The translations under genes and the position numbers were made by a program. A model generated the notes under the pieces. The model was not told where the DNA came from. It saw nothing but the letters and a program-made list of their open reading frames with translations, and made no database searches. From the sequence record NZ_CP027239.1: a stretch of 64,000 nt of DNA. One strand, written 5' to 3'. Positions 36,573 to 46,841 of the stretch are shown one piece after another. The DNA comes from a plasmid. The first letter of the stretch is position 1. Each line of letters opens with the position of its first letter.

Positions 36573-36974
36573 GTGCGCGACGACGAATCCCGCTCGCTGG
36601 GGCGCGCCATCCGCGCGGCCAGGCTGGAGGCTGGGCTGACCCAGCTCAAACTGGCGGTCGCGGTAGGGGTCAGCGCCGGGCAGATCGGTGTGTGGGAGCG
36701 CGGTCGGGTCTCGCCTGCACGCGGCCGTGCCGCCTACGTGCCGGAGGTGTCCCGCGAGCAACTCGAGGCGATCGCGGCGGCGCTGGGCTGCGAGGTCGCG
36801 GCCATCGCTGATCGGGCGGCGCTGTCCGCCGCCACCCGGCTCATGCTCGGGTTGGAGCCGCTCGGCCCGGCCAGCACCGTCATCGCCGGGATCGAGTACG
36901 ACCTCTCCGAAGCCGAGACCGACCGGGTCGCTGCTTTCGTCGCGGGCCTCATCGCCGCCCGCGAACTGCACTGA
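36573..36974 (+). CDS. XRE-family (Cro/C1-type HTH) transcriptional regulator
   Basis: LGRAIRAARLEAGLTQLKLAVAVGVSAGQIGVWERG helix-turn-helix. Confidence 0.75.
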   Translation: MRDDESRSLGRAIRAARLEAGLTQLKLAVAVGVSAGQIGVWERGRVSPARGRAAYVPEVSREQLEAIAAALGCEVAAIADRAALSAATRLMLGLEPLGPASTVIAGIEYDLSEAETDRVAAFVAGLIAARELH

Positions 36975-36980
36975 TCGTCC

Positions 36981-36990
36981 ACTGCTGCAC
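36981..36990 (+). promoter_or_regulatory. CTGCTGCACC conserved upstream motif (representative copy)
   Basis: 76 nt upstream of ATG 37066. Confidence 0.5.
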
Positions 36991-37065
36991 CTGTCGCGGG
37001 CGCCGAGACAGTGGTTGCAGACAGCGACGCGAACAGCGCGGAGCGCCCGAGGCGAGGAGCCCATC

Positions 37066-37449
37066 ATGGACCTGCAGACCATTCAGTTCGACACCCTCGA
37101 CGCCGACGCCCTGGACCGCCTCAAGCGGGCGGAGGACAACCTGCGTTTCGACGGGGACCACGATCCGCTGCTGAACCTGCGCGGCCTGATCACCGACCTC
37201 AACTCGGTCGGGGTCTGGCCGGGGCGGGACGTGCTCGCCACCCCCGAGGGCGGACTGGTCTCCGACGGACTGGACCTCAAGGTCAACATCACCGGGTTCA
37301 CCTACGTGTCGTGCTTCATCGACTCGATGGACGAACTGGTGGGCGACGAGGGCTGGACGTGGCGAAGCATCGCCCAGGCCGTCACGGACCGCCTCAATGA
37401 GGAGATCCAGGCTGCTCGCGAAGCGCTGATCGCCCCGGCCTACACCTGA
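37066..37449 (+). CDS. hypothetical protein (tandem paralog A)
   Basis: NITGFTYVSCFIDSMDELV motif shared with the next two genes. Confidence 0.6.
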   Translation: MDLQTIQFDTLDADALDRLKRAEDNLRFDGDHDPLLNLRGLITDLNSVGVWPGRDVLATPEGGLVSDGLDLKVNITGFTYVSCFIDSMDELVGDEGWTWRSIAQAVTDRLNEEIQAAREALIAPAYT

Positions 37450-37639
37450 CGGGCAGACCATAGGCCCCGCACCCGAACCGGGTGCGGGGCACTTCTTTGC
37501 GCCACGGTCCCGCTGTCCGAGCTGCTGGCTGCCGCAGCACCCTTCGCAGAGGACGGGGCCTGGCGATCTCGCCTGCTGCACTTCCCGAAGCGCATCCGAT
37601 GCTGATCGGGACATGCACCCCTGGCGGAAGGACACCCCG

Positions 37640-38083
37640 ATGCGCTCACTGGACCTGGTCTTACACGCGATCACCGACGACGAACGGGCACGGCTCGACG
37701 ACACGGCCTCACAGCTGCGCGAACCCGACGACTGGAACGCCGGCACCCGTGGACTGTGGCGCTTCTCGTATGAGGGGTTCGACAGTCTGCGCCATTTCGT
37801 GAACGCCTTGGCCGATTGCGGGGGCCTGCAGTGGGCGCAGAGGGGCGGGTTCGACCTGCTGGCGACGTTCGAGTCGGGCGACGGCTCGAACGACATGGAC
37901 GACGGCCTCAACATCTCCGTCGCCTTGCACCTGGGCGACATCCAACGCTCGTTCTCGCCCCTGATCACCGTGTTCGTGGACGACGTGGCCGCGTTCCTGG
38001 GGGAGGAGCCCACCGTGGAGTCCGCCGCGACCGCGATTCGCGACGCGCTCAACGAGACCCTCGCGCATTTCGCGGCCGAGTAG
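37640..38083 (+). CDS. hypothetical protein (tandem paralog B)
   Basis: FESGDGSNDMDDGLNISVALHLGDIQRSFSPLITVFVDD. Confidence 0.6.
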   Translation: MRSLDLVLHAITDDERARLDDTASQLREPDDWNAGTRGLWRFSYEGFDSLRHFVNALADCGGLQWAQRGGFDLLATFESGDGSNDMDDGLNISVALHLGDIQRSFSPLITVFVDDVAAFLGEEPTVESAATAIRDALNETLAHFAAE

Positions 38084-38135
38084 ACGTCCCGATCGCCGCG
38101 GCCAACTTCCAGCACTTCGACCGAAAGGCCCCACC

Positions 38136-38582
38136 ATGACTTCGCTGCTGATCAACTTCGACGACCTCGACCCCTCCGACCGTGCCGACCTGGAGGATCT
38201 GGCCACCTCGCTGGTCGAACCCGCCGACCACCGCTCTGAATGGGAGGGCCGCTGGTCCAAGTCGTTCCGCGCCTTGGACGCACTGCGCAGCCTGATCAAC
38301 GAGTTCGCCGCCCACGACGTGCTGCGGTGGGCCGACGGCACCCCGGCCGGGGCGACGGCCTCGTTCGACTCCGACGGTGAGCAGACCGACACCGAGTTCA
38401 TCAACATCTCCGTGCTGCTGCCGACCAAGAACACCACCGGCCGGTTCGGGGCGTTCGTGATGTTCCTGGTCTCCGACATCGACGACCTGCTGCCGGCGAG
38501 CGAGCGCACCGCGGCCACCTGCGCCGAGGCGGTGGCCCGGGCACTGGGCGACGCGGTCGCCGATGCGTGCACTGCTGCCTGA
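38136..38582 (+). CDS. hypothetical protein (tandem paralog C)
   Basis: FDSDGEQTDTEFINISVLLPTKNTTGRFGAFVMFLVSD. Confidence 0.6.
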   Translation: MTSLLINFDDLDPSDRADLEDLATSLVEPADHRSEWEGRWSKSFRALDALRSLINEFAAHDVLRWADGTPAGATASFDSDGEQTDTEFINISVLLPTKNTTGRFGAFVMFLVSDIDDLLPASERTAATCAEAVARALGDAVADACTAA

Positions 38583-38692
38583 GTCGGCGGGCCCCTCCGG
38601 GGCCCGCACCGGGCGGGCGGCTGGCGCTGTCCGGCCAGGTCGAAGCACGGCCGGTCCCGCCGAAGGGAGGGGCAAGCGAGCGGTCGGCGGCA

Positions 38693-38702
38693 CTGCTGCA
38701 CC
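38693..38702 (+). promoter_or_regulatory. CTGCTGCACC conserved upstream motif (representative copy)
   Basis: 59 nt upstream of ATG 38761. CTGTCCG lies 61 nt further upstream. Confidence 0.5.
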
Positions 38703-38760
38703 CGCGGCAACGGCGGAGACGCTGACGGGGCAGTACCCACCCCGCTCGAGAGGAACCGCC

Positions 38761-39123
38761 ATGCACGATGACACCTCCACCCCTGATCCCCGCCCGCTCG
38801 CCGGTGCCGCCCTGGTCCTGCTCGGCGACGCCGTGCCACAGGAGACGGTCCGGCAGTGGTGGCAGGCCGCCCGCCACGTCTCCCGGCAGACGGTGGCCAG
38901 CGGCCAGCCCAGCCCCGCCCAGCAGGACGGGCAGGTGTGCATGACTGCGTTCCTGGGCGAGGTGCACCGACTGCTCGGGGAGGACGACGTGGCCCGCGAC
39001 GCGGCGATCAGCGCAGCGGCCTCGCAGGCCGACCTGATGGCCTTCCTTGCCACAAAGGAGCCGATCATGCGGGCCGCGATGCCCGACTACCTGCCGATCC
39101 TGCAGGGCTACCTGAACCCGTGA
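38761..39123 (+). CDS. hypothetical protein
   Basis: GAGAGGAAC RBS. Confidence 0.55.
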   Translation: MHDDTSTPDPRPLAGAALVLLGDAVPQETVRQWWQAARHVSRQTVASGQPSPAQQDGQVCMTAFLGEVHRLLGEDDVARDAAISAAASQADLMAFLATKEPIMRAAMPDYLPILQGYLNP

Positions 39124-39310
39124 GCCTGGCACTGGGTGGGGCCACGGGCCTCGCCCAGCGCCTGCCGTCCCGGGCCCGCGCTGTCCGGGGGTCGGCAGGC
39201 CAGCCGCGACCTGCGGTGAGAGTCGCAGCCGTCGACGACTGCTGCACCTGGCGGACGAGAAGGGAGCGTCTTGGGCAGCGACGAACCCCGACAAGCCCAG
39301 GAGCAGACCG

Positions 39311-39820
39311 ATGGCACACACCACGTTCCCCGCGATCTTCCGCGACACAGCCCTGCTGACCCCCGCCCCCGCGCACGCTGACAGTGAGGTGATCGGCGTG
39401 GACCCGCAGACCGGCTACCACGTCCTGTGCGACGGGCACTTCGATCCGGACACCGTCCCCGCTGAGGTGCGGGCGGCTAAGGCCAGCGACTTCGCGGACT
39501 ACCTCAACCTGCTGGCCCGCCGACTGCGTGCCCGCATCCACGACACCCGGTCGGCCTCGTGGGAGGGCGACTGCGAGGTGCTGGCGGCCCGAAACCTGAT
39601 CGAGGAGTTCGCCGGCTACATCTACCGTCGCGACCTGCGCGAGGCCGAAGCCCTGCAGGCCGAGCTGATCACGCAGCGGGAGGACCGGCTGGCCGGCAGG
39701 CCCCTGCCGGAGTGGCGCAACAACGGGCCGGCCCGCCCGGCGATCCGTCGTGCCGCCGCCCTGGCGGGCATCTACCGGCGTCAGGCTGCCGCGCTGGCCC
39801 CGGCCACGGCCGCTGCCTGA
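39311..39820 (+). CDS. hypothetical protein
   Basis: 169-aa ORF. Confidence 0.6.
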   Translation: MAHTTFPAIFRDTALLTPAPAHADSEVIGVDPQTGYHVLCDGHFDPDTVPAEVRAAKASDFADYLNLLARRLRARIHDTRSASWEGDCEVLAARNLIEEFAGYIYRRDLREAEALQAELITQREDRLAGRPLPEWRNNGPARPAIRRAAALAGIYRRQAAALAPATAAA

Positions 39821-39856
39821 ACGCCCCCAGCGACGACCATTCGACGAGGAGAGACG

Positions 39857-40216
39857 ATGAAACCGATCGACGCCACGAACTGCTTGACTCTCGACGACCT
39901 GCGCCCCATGGCGCTGGAGGAGTCCGCCGACGACCCCGACCATCTGAGCGCCGTCATCCGGTACACGCCGGGGGAGTGGGACGCCACGATGGGCAGGCTC
40001 ATCGAGGCCACCATGCGTGACTTTCTGGAGGACGCCCCGATGCGTGTCACGGTGGAGTACCTGACACCCGACGAAGGGGACTGGATGCGCCTGACCGGCG
40101 AACTCGTCGCACTCACCGCAGGCGGCGACGCCGTGTTCCTCGGAGGTGACCGCGGCCAGAAGCCGACCCAACGCAAGACCGTCCCGCTTGAGGACATCTA
40201 CACCCTCGCGTTCTGA
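39857..40216 (+). CDS. hypothetical protein
   Basis: GAGGAGAGA RBS. Confidence 0.6.
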   Translation: MKPIDATNCLTLDDLRPMALEESADDPDHLSAVIRYTPGEWDATMGRLIEATMRDFLEDAPMRVTVEYLTPDEGDWMRLTGELVALTAGGDAVFLGGDRGQKPTQRKTVPLEDIYTLAF

Positions 40217-40626
40217 GGGGGCGCTGCTATCCGCTGGGCCGGGGCGGTCCGCACCGGTGGGGCACTGCTGGTTGGTGGTGCGCTTGAACGTAGCCTCCTG
40301 GCCCCTCCTCGCGAAGTGGAGTCGTGCGCTTGCCCGGGCAGGAAGTCCTACGTTCGCGTGAAGAACTAGACAGGTCGTCCACACCGCCGCGGGCTAACCA
40401 AGCCGCGCTGTCCGCAGTTCAGCTGGGACACGCGCCCTCCGCCCAATCGCGAGGCGATCATTGCTCCCGCAGGCGGCGCTACCCGCACGTCGTTGATTCC
40501 GAACCTTTCCCCGGCCTGCGCACGGCTGCTGTGGTTGCCGCCGGACTCGGTGAGGGTGCTGCACCGTCAAAGCTCAGGGGCACAGTGGGCTGATCGGAAA
40601 CACAGCCCGCGTCGAGGAGGCCCCTG

Positions 40627-41073
40627 ATGAGCACTCAGCACACCATGGAGGAGCGCATGAACGCACTGTTCGGCGAACCGGTCGACCTGCCCACCGTTGA
40701 CGAGCTCGTCGCTTCCGGAGACCTCGTCGATGCGACTGGCTCCTACGCTGCCGGCAACGCCAGCGACCCCGACCGGCAGGCTCGGCTGCTGTTCAGCGCA
40801 GCCGCCTGGGACGACCTCGCCGCCTGGGACGAGAGGAACGCCGCCTACCAGGATGTTTCGGGTCGAATCCACGACGTGGTGACCGCTAGCAGGTTCTGGC
40901 ACCCGCTGACCGGACGGTGCAACTCCCGCATGCTCGGCGAACGCACCGTGTTCTCCCTGACTCGGATCCCGAACACGCCCAGGGCGACGATCCCGCGACA
41001 CACCAACGCCACCATCTACCCCGCCATCGACAACGGGCGGCTCACGCTCACCTTTCGACTGGCCTACGAGTAG
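40627..41073 (+). CDS. hypothetical protein (paralog of 42261..42707)
   Basis: GDLVDATGSYAAGNASDPDRQARLLFSAAAWDDLAAWDERNAAYQ matches GDLVDATAIYAVSVGANPHELPRLLFTRQAWYDVAAWDEHNTAHQ. Confidence 0.6.
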   Translation: MSTQHTMEERMNALFGEPVDLPTVDELVASGDLVDATGSYAAGNASDPDRQARLLFSAAAWDDLAAWDERNAAYQDVSGRIHDVVTASRFWHPLTGRCNSRMLGERTVFSLTRIPNTPRATIPRHTNATIYPAIDNGRLTLTFRLAYE

Positions 41074-41130
41074 CCCCGGGCCGCAGGCGATCGCCGCAGC
41101 CGACAAGCGGCGAGGCTATACCGGTCCTCG

Positions 41131-42033
41131 TTGTTCGACCCGCCAACTGTCGACTTTGTCAGCGCCAGGGCTGGCTACAGTTCGGCTATGGCACCGCGTC
41201 GCAGCTCCGAGGAGTCCCCACTGCAAAAGAACGGGGAGTGGCTGGCGCGACTCAATCGGTTGTCGCCCGCTGTCGATACCTGGCACAAGCGGTCCAAGAA
41301 CCCGCAGCCACCCGATCCGGGAAGCTCGCTCGCAGCCGACTCGATGGCGGGGCTCAACGTGGACAACCCAGTCTGGTACTCGATGTGCGTCTCTTCCGAG
41401 CATCTCCACTTCTCGCTCGAGGCAATGCGAGCAACCGGGACGTTGTATCCGACCGCCTACATCACGGTCGCCCGGACGGCGCTCGTCGCTGCCGTGAACG
41501 CTGTCTGGGTACTTGCGCCCCGGACCCGGCAGGAGCGTCGCGAGCGCGCGCTCACGCTTCGCGCCGAAGACCTTCGCTCCCAGATAACGGCCATTGGCAA
41601 CTTGCCAGCCGTTGACAGTGAATCCGAGGAGGTACAGCAGAAGCTCCTGGAGCAGCTGCGCGAGCGGCAATCTGGCCTGCAGGCGACCGCAGTCGCGCTG
41701 GGGATCGAGAGAGACGTGGAAAATCTCCGGCTGAATCAGACCGAAGCGATCAAATGGGTAGCTCGGAGCGTGCCCGATCTCGACGATGACCTTCTAGCTT
41801 CTGGGGTGCAGGCGATCTGGCGTTCAGGGAGCGCAGCCGCACACGCCCAGTACCACTACGGGGTGATGCGGGCCGCCAAGGATGAGACCGTGCCCGAACA
41901 GTCGGGAAGCTCAATCGTGAGGCTCAGCGGAGACCTCGACAAAGACATTGGCCCAGCCTTGGCCGCGGCAGCAATGGTTCTCAACGAGGCGTTTCGACTG
42001 TTCGACCTCCGGCGCGTTGCGCATCTGTCGTAG
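41131..42033 (+). CDS. hypothetical protein in a lower-GC segment (alternative starts 41188/41344)
   Basis: 300-aa ORF whose codon usage is visibly less GC3-biased than its neighbours. Inserted between two paralogs. Confidence 0.55.
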   Translation: MFDPPTVDFVSARAGYSSAMAPRRSSEESPLQKNGEWLARLNRLSPAVDTWHKRSKNPQPPDPGSSLAADSMAGLNVDNPVWYSMCVSSEHLHFSLEAMRATGTLYPTAYITVARTALVAAVNAVWVLAPRTRQERRERALTLRAEDLRSQITAIGNLPAVDSESEEVQQKLLEQLRERQSGLQATAVALGIERDVENLRLNQTEAIKWVARSVPDLDDDLLASGVQAIWRSGSAAAHAQYHYGVMRAAKDETVPEQSGSSIVRLSGDLDKDIGPALAAAAMVLNEAFRLFDLRRVAHLS

Positions 42034-42260
42034 CTGAGCGCTGCGCGCACGGTACGGGCGGCTGTCCGCCGCTCGCTGCGCAACATCTGCAGGGTCGACG
42101 ACATCGCCGATGGGGCGTCCGCCATCTTCGAGCCGGCGCTTCGCGGCTGTCCGCGCCGACTGCCCCACCACCTGCCGGTCCTTCCCTCGGCGCTGCTGCA
42201 CTCTGCGCGGCGGGAGGCAGGGTGATCGAACCCGATACCCCGTGACCGAGGAGCGAAGAG

Positions 42261-42707
42261 ATGACCCCACTGCTGTACCGCGATCACCGCGTCAACGTGA
42301 GCGACCTGGCAGCCGATGCCGCAGGGCTCGGCGACTTGGTGAACGCCGGAGACCTGGTCGATGCCACTGCCATCTACGCCGTCAGCGTGGGCGCAAACCC
42401 GCACGAGCTGCCGCGGCTGCTGTTCACCCGCCAGGCTTGGTACGACGTCGCCGCGTGGGATGAACACAACACCGCCCACCAGAGCGTCGCCGGCCGCATC
42501 TGCAAGGTCCTGGCCGCCGCCGAAGCCCTCGACACAGCAACCGGACACCCGACCCCAGTGCGGGCGGGGCAGCGTCGTCGAGTGTGGGTTGCGCGGATCC
42601 CCAACGCGCGGATGGCGTCGATGGCCGCTGCCACCAACGTCGACCTGGTCGAACTCCCCGACGGTCACCGAACCGCACTGCTGTTCTGCGCCACCTACGA
42701 GCCCTGA
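42261..42707 (+). CDS. hypothetical protein (paralog of 40627..41073)
   Basis: See 40627..41073. CTGCTGCACT 65 nt upstream. Confidence 0.6.
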   Translation: MTPLLYRDHRVNVSDLAADAAGLGDLVNAGDLVDATAIYAVSVGANPHELPRLLFTRQAWYDVAAWDEHNTAHQSVAGRICKVLAAAEALDTATGHPTPVRAGQRRRVWVARIPNARMASMAAATNVDLVELPDGHRTALLFCATYEP

Positions 42708-42778
42708 CCGCCAGGAACCCGGGCCCCGTCGCTGACAACGCGCAGCCCTGACCACCCCCGACCACATAGGAGGCCCCA

Positions 42779-43078
42779 ATGCCTCGGAAACTCACTACTG
42801 ACCAGCTGGAATGGCTCAGCGACAAGTGCGATGACCTCGACCTGAACCTGCGCACCGACTACGAAGGGCGCGGCCACTACGAATCCCCGGGCGTGGGCAT
42901 CGTCTGCCAGTCGCACGAGCTGGGCCTCGCGGCCCTGCTGATGGCGGCGACACTCAGCCAGGACAGCACCGGCATGGACTGGGATGACGTGCTCCACGAG
43001 CTCGACAATGCGCCCGCCCCGTCGATCGACTCGCTCGGGCTGTCTTCCATCGCCTACTGGCCCGGCCTCTCAGCCTGA
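42779..43078 (+). CDS. hypothetical protein
   Basis: AGGAGG RBS. Confidence 0.6.
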   Translation: MPRKLTTDQLEWLSDKCDDLDLNLRTDYEGRGHYESPGVGIVCQSHELGLAALLMAATLSQDSTGMDWDDVLHELDNAPAPSIDSLGLSSIAYWPGLSA

Positions 43079-43209
43079 CCTCGACCGTCCCGGCCCAGAC
43101 GGGCCTGAAAGGAACCACCGATGACGAACTGGCTTGCCGCCATCGCTCACCTGCCCACCTGGAGCGGCTGGGGCACCCTCTTCCGCACCGCCCGCGACGG
43201 GGCAGCCTG

Positions 43210-43461
43210 GTGACCGCGATGCTCAGTCCCGCCCGCCATGCGAGGGCTGCCGACGTCGCAGCTGACCGTGCAGAGAACGCCGCCTACCGGAGCGACCAGG
43301 CCGAAGCCGACCGGCAGGCAGGTCTCGCCCGCCAGCACGCCGACCAGGCCGGGGCGCTGGCCGCCCGGCACCCCGGTTCGGCAGCCGACGTGGACGCCAC
43401 CGATGCCGACCGTGCCGCCGAGCGCGCCGAGCGGGAAGCCCGCAGCCTCACCGCTGGCTGA
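43210..43461 (+). CDS. hypothetical Ala/Arg-rich small protein (GTG start; uncertain)
   Basis: Follows a possible 30-aa micro-ORF at 43121..43213. Confidence 0.35.
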   Translation: MTAMLSPARHARAADVAADRAENAAYRSDQAEADRQAGLARQHADQAGALAARHPGSAADVDATDADRAAERAEREARSLTAG

Positions 43462-43656
43462 ACGGCCCGACCGCGCCCACCCCGAACTCGAGGGGGTGCG
43501 CGCGGTGCCGCGGCGAACGCTCGCCCTGTCCGGCCCCAGCGCAGCACCGGCCAGCGGCAAGGCGGACCCGCACAGCCTCACCAGCGGCAGCTGCTGCACC
43601 CGCGAAACCGGGGGAGAGGCTCAGTGCATCCCGCAGACCCACCCCAGGAGGCCCCG

Positions 43657-44415
43657 ATGAGCGCCACAACACTGACTCAGCTGCTGACCCGCACAAAGGC
43701 CGGGCACGACTGTTACCTCGACGCTGCCCGCCTGGCCTCAGACGGTGACCTGGCCGCCGCCGCGGTGATGGCCCGCTACAGCGTGGACGCCTACGCCGAT
43801 GCCGCTGAGATCACAGCAGGCCTCGACGGCGGCAACATCGGCCGGCCCCGCATCTACGTCGCCTGTGCCGAGAAGTCCGCCGCCGTGGCCGCGATGATGG
43901 CTCAGCTGGCCACCCTCGCCGGTAGCGACTCCCTCAAGGACGCGGCCGTCTCGGCAGAGTTCGCGGCCCGCGCGGTGCGCCGCGCCCGCATCGCCGTGAA
44001 TCCGCGACTGGACGACAACGACCTCTCCGACGCCGGCCTCGCCGCAGCCAACGAGATCGCGGAAGCGTTCGCCGCGGTCAGCCAGTTGGCCGACGAGGCG
44101 GTAGCCCACGCAGATGACGCCGCACGGTATGCCGACGAGTGCGAGAACACGCAGGTGGCGCAGGACGCACAAGACGTGGCCTCGCAGGCGCGAGCCGCCG
44201 CGGTGAAGGCGGTGCGAGCGGCCGGGGTGGCGATGTCGTTGGCTCCCGGCGCCTACTCGACGGGGGCGACCGCAGCCCCCGACCGCGCCGACTTCGCCGT
44301 CACGGCGGCGACCGTTGCCGACCGTGCCGCCACCAAGGCAGAGCGGCACGCCGAGCAGAAGACGGCCAGTGAGGCTGTGACGTCCCTGCGCAGCCGCATC
44401 GCCGACCCCCGCTGA
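43657..44415 (+). CDS. hypothetical Ala-rich protein
   Basis: AGGAGG RBS. CTGCTGCACC 58 nt upstream. Confidence 0.55.
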   Translation: MSATTLTQLLTRTKAGHDCYLDAARLASDGDLAAAAVMARYSVDAYADAAEITAGLDGGNIGRPRIYVACAEKSAAVAAMMAQLATLAGSDSLKDAAVSAEFAARAVRRARIAVNPRLDDNDLSDAGLAAANEIAEAFAAVSQLADEAVAHADDAARYADECENTQVAQDAQDVASQARAAAVKAVRAAGVAMSLAPGAYSTGATAAPDRADFAVTAATVADRAATKAERHAEQKTASEAVTSLRSRIADPR

Positions 44416-44495
44416 CCCCTGCACTCCACGCGCACCGCAAGCGAGATCACCCGCCTGCGATGCACCTATGACTCGATCTGACGAAAGGCTCTGCC

Positions 44496-45080
44496 ATGTT
44501 CTCTCTCAAGGCATCGCCGATGGCCGATGCGATGCTCACCCGGGCATTGTGGAAGCCAGCGCCCGCAACCGACCTGGACGCCTACGCCGCGGTCCTCCAC
44601 ACCGTCGACGACGCCGCCGCATGGGAATGGAACGGCATCCCCGCGCACGTCGAACCGTTCTTCCAGTCGGGCGACGACACCCCCGATGCCCTGTTCGTCT
44701 CCGCCCGGTTCGGGGCGCTGGCCGCATCGCTGATGGTTGAGCTCGACACCGAACAGTTGGCCCGGGCTGACACCTGGGGTGGAGTACTCGAGATGGTCAC
44801 CGACGACCTCAACGATGCCCACGCGAGCCTGCTCAGGAGCTTCCCGCCAGCACCACCGCGGGCCGACGGGCTGGGGCAGCGACTGGTGAACCGCGACAGC
44901 ATCCGCGCCGAGATCGACGACAACCCGAACCTGACAGAGAGCCAGCGACTGAGGCTGATGGCAGCCCTTGACAGTGAGATCGACGACGCGATCGAGGCGT
45001 GCACCCGCAGTGTCGAAGATCAGCTGTACGCCGTGCACGACGAGTTGCAGGCACTGGTCGTCGCCGACCTGACCAGCTGA
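44496..45080 (+). CDS. hypothetical protein
   Basis: 194-aa ORF. Confidence 0.6.
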   Translation: MFSLKASPMADAMLTRALWKPAPATDLDAYAAVLHTVDDAAAWEWNGIPAHVEPFFQSGDDTPDALFVSARFGALAASLMVELDTEQLARADTWGGVLEMVTDDLNDAHASLLRSFPPAPPRADGLGQRLVNRDSIRAEIDDNPNLTESQRLRLMAALDSEIDDAIEACTRSVEDQLYAVHDELQALVVADLTS

Positions 45081-45188
45081 CCACTCCCACCCCGCCGGTC
45101 GCCTTGGCCGCCGGGGTGGGTTCCGGCCTGCCAGGGGATAGGGCTGTCCGCCGCCGGTGGCGATCATGGGCGGCCTAATCTCCACGAC

Positions 45189-45758
45189 ATGACACTTCGC
45201 GGGGTGGTTGCCGTTCTCATGGTCTCGGCCATGGGCCTAGCCGGGTGCGGGGAAGACTGGTCGGCCGAACCTGAACCGCCCACCGAGGCAGAACTCGTCG
45301 TAGAACGTGCCCAACAGCGACAGCAGCAACTCGACGCCGAGCTCGAACGGTGGCGGGAACTCGACTTGGACGACCATATCGTCGCGCCGATGGGCGAACC
45401 GATCTCCGATCACGTCCTCACCACGTCGCTTGGCGAGCTCTACATCGACGGCTTCGGACTCTGCACCGATGTGACGATCACCAACAGCGGCACCCTGCCG
45501 AGGAAAGTGGGAGCGAGAGATTGGACCACCACCTACCCGAGCGGCTTCACCAGCCAAGGCCGCATTGTCAAAGGCGACGTCTCCGGCCGCAGCCATTGGT
45601 ATCGGCGAGGCTTGATCATCGTGCAACCCGGTGAAACCCGGACCATGCAGATCTGCCTTGGTGGCGCCGACGAACGCGAGGGCATCAAACCGGGCCTGTA
45701 CAAGATCAAGTTCACTCCAGCGCTGATGCAAACCCACGTCTGGCTAACCGTGATCTAA
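45189..45758 (+). CDS. lipoprotein (LAGC lipobox)
   Basis: MTLRGVVAVLMVSAMGLAGCGED. Locally lower GC. Confidence 0.65.
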   Translation: MTLRGVVAVLMVSAMGLAGCGEDWSAEPEPPTEAELVVERAQQRQQQLDAELERWRELDLDDHIVAPMGEPISDHVLTTSLGELYIDGFGLCTDVTITNSGTLPRKVGARDWTTTYPSGFTSQGRIVKGDVSGRSHWYRRGLIIVQPGETRTMQICLGGADEREGIKPGLYKIKFTPALMQTHVWLTVI

Positions 45759-45955
45759 CTCTGGCGCTGCAGTTCGCCGGTTAGGTTCCGGCTTCTCAGG
45801 GGAGCTGTCCGCTGATTCGCCTGGTCTCGGCACTGATGGTGGCGTGATGGTCTGCTGCACCGGCGGGGTGGGATCACACGGCCCTGCTAACCCAAAAACT
45901 ACCTTTACAGATGTAGAGGCGGGCAGTTAGCCACCCACTCGATAGGAGCAAGACC

Positions 45956-46234
45956 ATGACTTTCATTGCACCCGCAGCCACCATCCTCGTCGGAATCCTC
46001 GGCCTGATTGGCGTCCTGGCCACCCTCCGCCAGCGCGCCCGCGCAGAAGCCACCGACCGGTTCTGGAAGCGCCTCATGTGGGCGCTGGACGCGGCCATGA
46101 GCGACGACCCCCGCACCCGCGAAGCCGGGGAACGAACCCTACTGGCCCTTCGCCGCCACCCGGAGGCCACCGCCCACGACCAGCACCTCATCCGTACCGC
46201 CCTCAACGGCAATCGCCGCCACCCGCTGACCTAG
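45956..46234 (+). CDS. small membrane protein
   Basis: TM helix IAPAATILVGILGLIGVLATL. Confidence 0.55.
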   Translation: MTFIAPAATILVGILGLIGVLATLRQRARAEATDRFWKRLMWALDAAMSDDPRTREAGERTLLALRRHPEATAHDQHLIRTALNGNRRHPLT

Positions 46235-46571
46235 AACCCCACACCTGCGCCCCGCCATCACGCGGGGCGCTTTCCGTTCTCGGCGCTGCGGGCTGTCCGC
46301 ACCGCCGGCGCCGCCGCGCACCTTCACTAATTCGCCTGAGCCCCGCCTCGGCCAGCGGGGCGTTCATCGTTCCCCCCGACCACGCGATCAGCACACGGGC
46401 CACGCGTGAGGTCCGCGACGCCAGACTCTGCTGCACTCGCGGACCGCCAGGGCACAGTGAGCACACCCGGTTCGCCAACACGCGGCGACCGAAACAAGTC
46501 CCGGGCCCCCGTTGCTGACCACGCGCGGCGGGGGCCCGCACACACGACAGCAACACGAGAACGAGGTCACT

Positions 46572-46781
46572 ATGTCTTTCCGCAGCGAATGGTTCGACGC
46601 CGGCAGCACCCACGTCGGGCTTCTGACCGAAGGTGACGACCCCGACTGGTGCGACGAGCCGGTCACCGGTGAGGTCGCCGTCGTGTTCTCCGGCGACACC
46701 GGCGCCGTCATCGAGGGCAGCAAGGACGCCGTACGACGTCTGCTCACCGCCGCCCTGGACGGTCTCGACAGGCTCGGCTGA
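46572..46781 (+). CDS. hypothetical small protein
   Basis: The track ORF start at 46512 is an upstream extension. Confidence 0.5.
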   Translation: MSFRSEWFDAGSTHVGLLTEGDDPDWCDEPVTGEVAVVFSGDTGAVIEGSKDAVRRLLTAALDGLDRLG

Positions 46782-46841
46782 TCCGATCCCCGTCGCTCTG
46801 GACGGTAGCCGTGAGGCCACCGCAGACGGTTCAAGGAAGGA

